Shown here: one piece after another, positions 62,515 to 64,000 of the stretch
Numbering within the stretch: position 1 is the first letter of the stretch
Layout of the letters: each line of letters begins with the position of its first letter
Program-made: the position numbers and the translations under genes
Notes under the pieces: model-generated
Database searches by the model: none
The model's input: only the letters and a program-made list of their open reading frames with translations
What the model was told of the DNA's origin: nothing
Assembly (NCBI GenBank): GCA_963837955.1
Contig: CAWIPH010000002.1
Location: forward strand, 3,296,001-3,360,000
DNA: 64,000 nt
Reading direction: 5' to 3'
Origin: an uncultured Verrucomicrobiae bacterium
Lineage (GTDB): Bacteria; Verrucomicrobiota; Verrucomicrobiia; Chthoniobacterales; JAFAMB01

Positions 62515-63333
62515 ATGAGTTCACTTCGCGCGACAGACAGACACAGCCTTGAAGCATTTCTTGGAATGTCTTCAGGCTATGTGCTCAATTTTTCGGACTA
62601 CACTTTCGGAGAGTTTGTATCCGAGAACACCGGCCTGGATATACACTCTCAGCGTTATACCAGCGAAGGCACCTCAAAGGCAAAGAAACTTCGCGCGCTC
62701 TGGAAATTGGAATCAGACCACGTAGTGGGAAAACTCTTGCTCGAATTGATCGATTACGGCGTCTCTCTTGATCTCGAACCGGAGACGAAACCGTTAGCAG
62801 ATGGGTGCAGACAGATTGCGACGCGCCTTCTTGCCGGCGGTCCGAGTCTGACCCCGCTCAAGGAACAGGCAAAAGTGCTCAATGCTAAACATCTCGCGGA
62901 ACAGATCCGCCGAATGGAGTCTTCAATCGAAACGGACCCGAGCCTCGCCATCGGGACGGCAAAAGAACTGATTGAGACGTGTTGCAAGACGATCCTCGCC
63001 GAACGCGGTCAGCCTGTGGTCGGGACCCCCGATGTCTCCACGCTCACGAAAGACACGCTGAAAGAGTTAAAGCTGATCCCGGAAGGTATCCCAGATGCGA
63101 CGCGAGGCGCAGACGTTATCAAACGCCTATTGAGCAATCTCGGCACGATTGGAAACGGCCTCGCCGAACTCCGCGGTCTTTATGGAACCGGTCATGGGAA
63201 GCACGGCACTACAACCGGATTGGGCGCACGCCACGCGAAGTTAGCCGTGGGTGCCGCAGCCACATTGACCACCTTTCTTTTCGATACTCACAAGGAGACC
63301 GAATCTAAACAAAAAAGCCGTCGGGTCTCCTAA
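62515..63333 (+). CDS. Abortive infection family protein (Abi_C-like C-terminus)
   Basis: N-terminal GYVLNFS..F..GTSKAKKLR; C-terminal DPSLAIGTAKELIETCCKTIL and ELRGLYGTGHG (HEPN-like R..H). Confidence 0.8.
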   Translation: MSSLRATDRHSLEAFLGMSSGYVLNFSDYTFGEFVSENTGLDIHSQRYTSEGTSKAKKLRALWKLESDHVVGKLLLELIDYGVSLDLEPETKPLADGCRQIATRLLAGGPSLTPLKEQAKVLNAKHLAEQIRRMESSIETDPSLAIGTAKELIETCCKTILAERGQPVVGTPDVSTLTKDTLKELKLIPEGIPDATRGADVIKRLLSNLGTIGNGLAELRGLYGTGHGKHGTTTGLGARHAKLAVGAAATLTTFLFDTHKETESKQKSRRVS

Positions 63334-63527
63334 CAACGCAGTGCCTCGTACTCCTCCCGGCTGATCTGGTGGACCTCAAAACAATCCTTTGGTAATCCGG
63401 TCTTTTCGGAAGCCTTAGCAAACACACCTGGCGCGCTAAATCCGACTGCGACAGTCTCGCCTTTCGCCTTATCAACCGCTGCGTAGTAGACCTCAAATTT
63501 TGGAGCAGGAGAACCGAATGAACTCAT
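63330..63527 (-). CDS. Small hypothetical protein
   Basis: 65-aa ORF with protein-like composition, convergent with the abi gene. Confidence 0.4.
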   Translation of the reverse strand: MSSFGSPAPKFEVYYAAVDKAKGETVAVGFSAPGVFAKASEKTGLPKDCFEVHQISREEYEALRC

Positions 63528-63646
63528 GGGCCAATAGTGTTCTTCGGAACACTATCACTAATCAAGGTAAAATCCCGCTAGGTGCCCGCGGTTCTACGGT
63601 GTGGAGGAGATTTTCGGTAGAGATTCGCTTTAGATCCCGATAAAAG

Positions 63647-63759
63647 GGATGCTGTAACTTCCTTTTATAAATAAAAAAGGTAGCTATAACTACTTTTTTG
63701 TGATACCAACGGTAGTTATCGCTACCTTATCTGCAATAACAATGGAGGTTATAACCTCC
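63647..63759. promoter_or_regulatory. Four phased 16-bp palindromic operator-like sites
   Basis: GGATGCTGTAACTTCC (63647), GGTAGCTATAACTACT (63679), GGTAGTTATCGCTACC (63711), GGAGGTTATAACCTCC (63744). Confidence 0.7.
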
Positions 63760-63779
63760 GTCCCAGTATACGCAACCCG

Positions 63780-64000
63780 ATGAAAACGACTTTCAGAAAA
63801 ACTATGCGCCAAATGCTCCGTTCCAAAACGGTAAAGTTTGGAGAGATTGGAAAGCTTACCCTCCCCACCGGCGGATGGCTGAAGGCAATCCGCGTTGCGC
63901 TGGGAATGCCCAGCACATACGCGGCGCGAAAGCTCGGTGTAACTGCGCGCGGTTTTCGGCAGTTCGAGAAAAATGAAGCCGCCGGCACAATCACCCTGAA
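63780..64000 (+). CDS. Mobile mystery protein A-like Xre HTH protein (partial)
   Basis: Manual translation: MKTTFRK..PTGGWLKAIRVALGMPSTYAARKLGVT..FEKNEAAGTITL. Confidence 0.8.
   Translation, partial: MKTTFRKTMRQMLRSKTVKFGEIGKLTLPTGGWLKAIRVALGMPSTYAARKLGVTARGFRQFEKNEAAGTITL

Noticed and set aside
63647..63759. Mini-CRISPR reading of the 32-bp periodic palindromes
   Set aside because: Repeats are 16 bp and degenerate with 16-17 bp gaps; an operator array fits better

Overview
Bacterial DNA of moderate GC. Gene families and the intergenic heptamer and REP-like repeats suggest a soil Verrucomicrobium (Chthoniobacterales-like); this is an inference, not a database result. From 1 to 47 kb the window holds a Dop depupylase plus ARC/Mpa proteasomal ATPase pair with no modifier, ligase or 20S genes. 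It also has a 7x ~90-bp REP-like tandem array, a cobalamin riboswitch-btuB unit, a 2-oxoacid dehydrogenase E1a/E1b/E2 cluster and a sigma54/IHF promoter in front of tiny ORFs. Further on are a Fur-boxed FTR1 permease, three sugar/polyol ABC importers, a ynbA-plsC-ynbB-like lipid operon, mtnK, hyi and a CDF exporter. The most striking gene (43585-45396) encodes one protein joining a TIR domain, a periplasmic c-type heme (DUF3365/Tll0287-like) sensor between two TM helices, and a DUF4326-like domain. tRNA-Glu(CTC) lies at 47068-47143, and a 40-bp exact copy of its core lies at 61123-61162. Between them are an Acidobacteria-type PadR-ADOP pair and an indel-riddled catabolic cluster. To the right are an Abi-C-like defence gene and a mobile mystery protein A gene preceded by four phased 16-bp palindromes. 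All calls come from motif recognition only.
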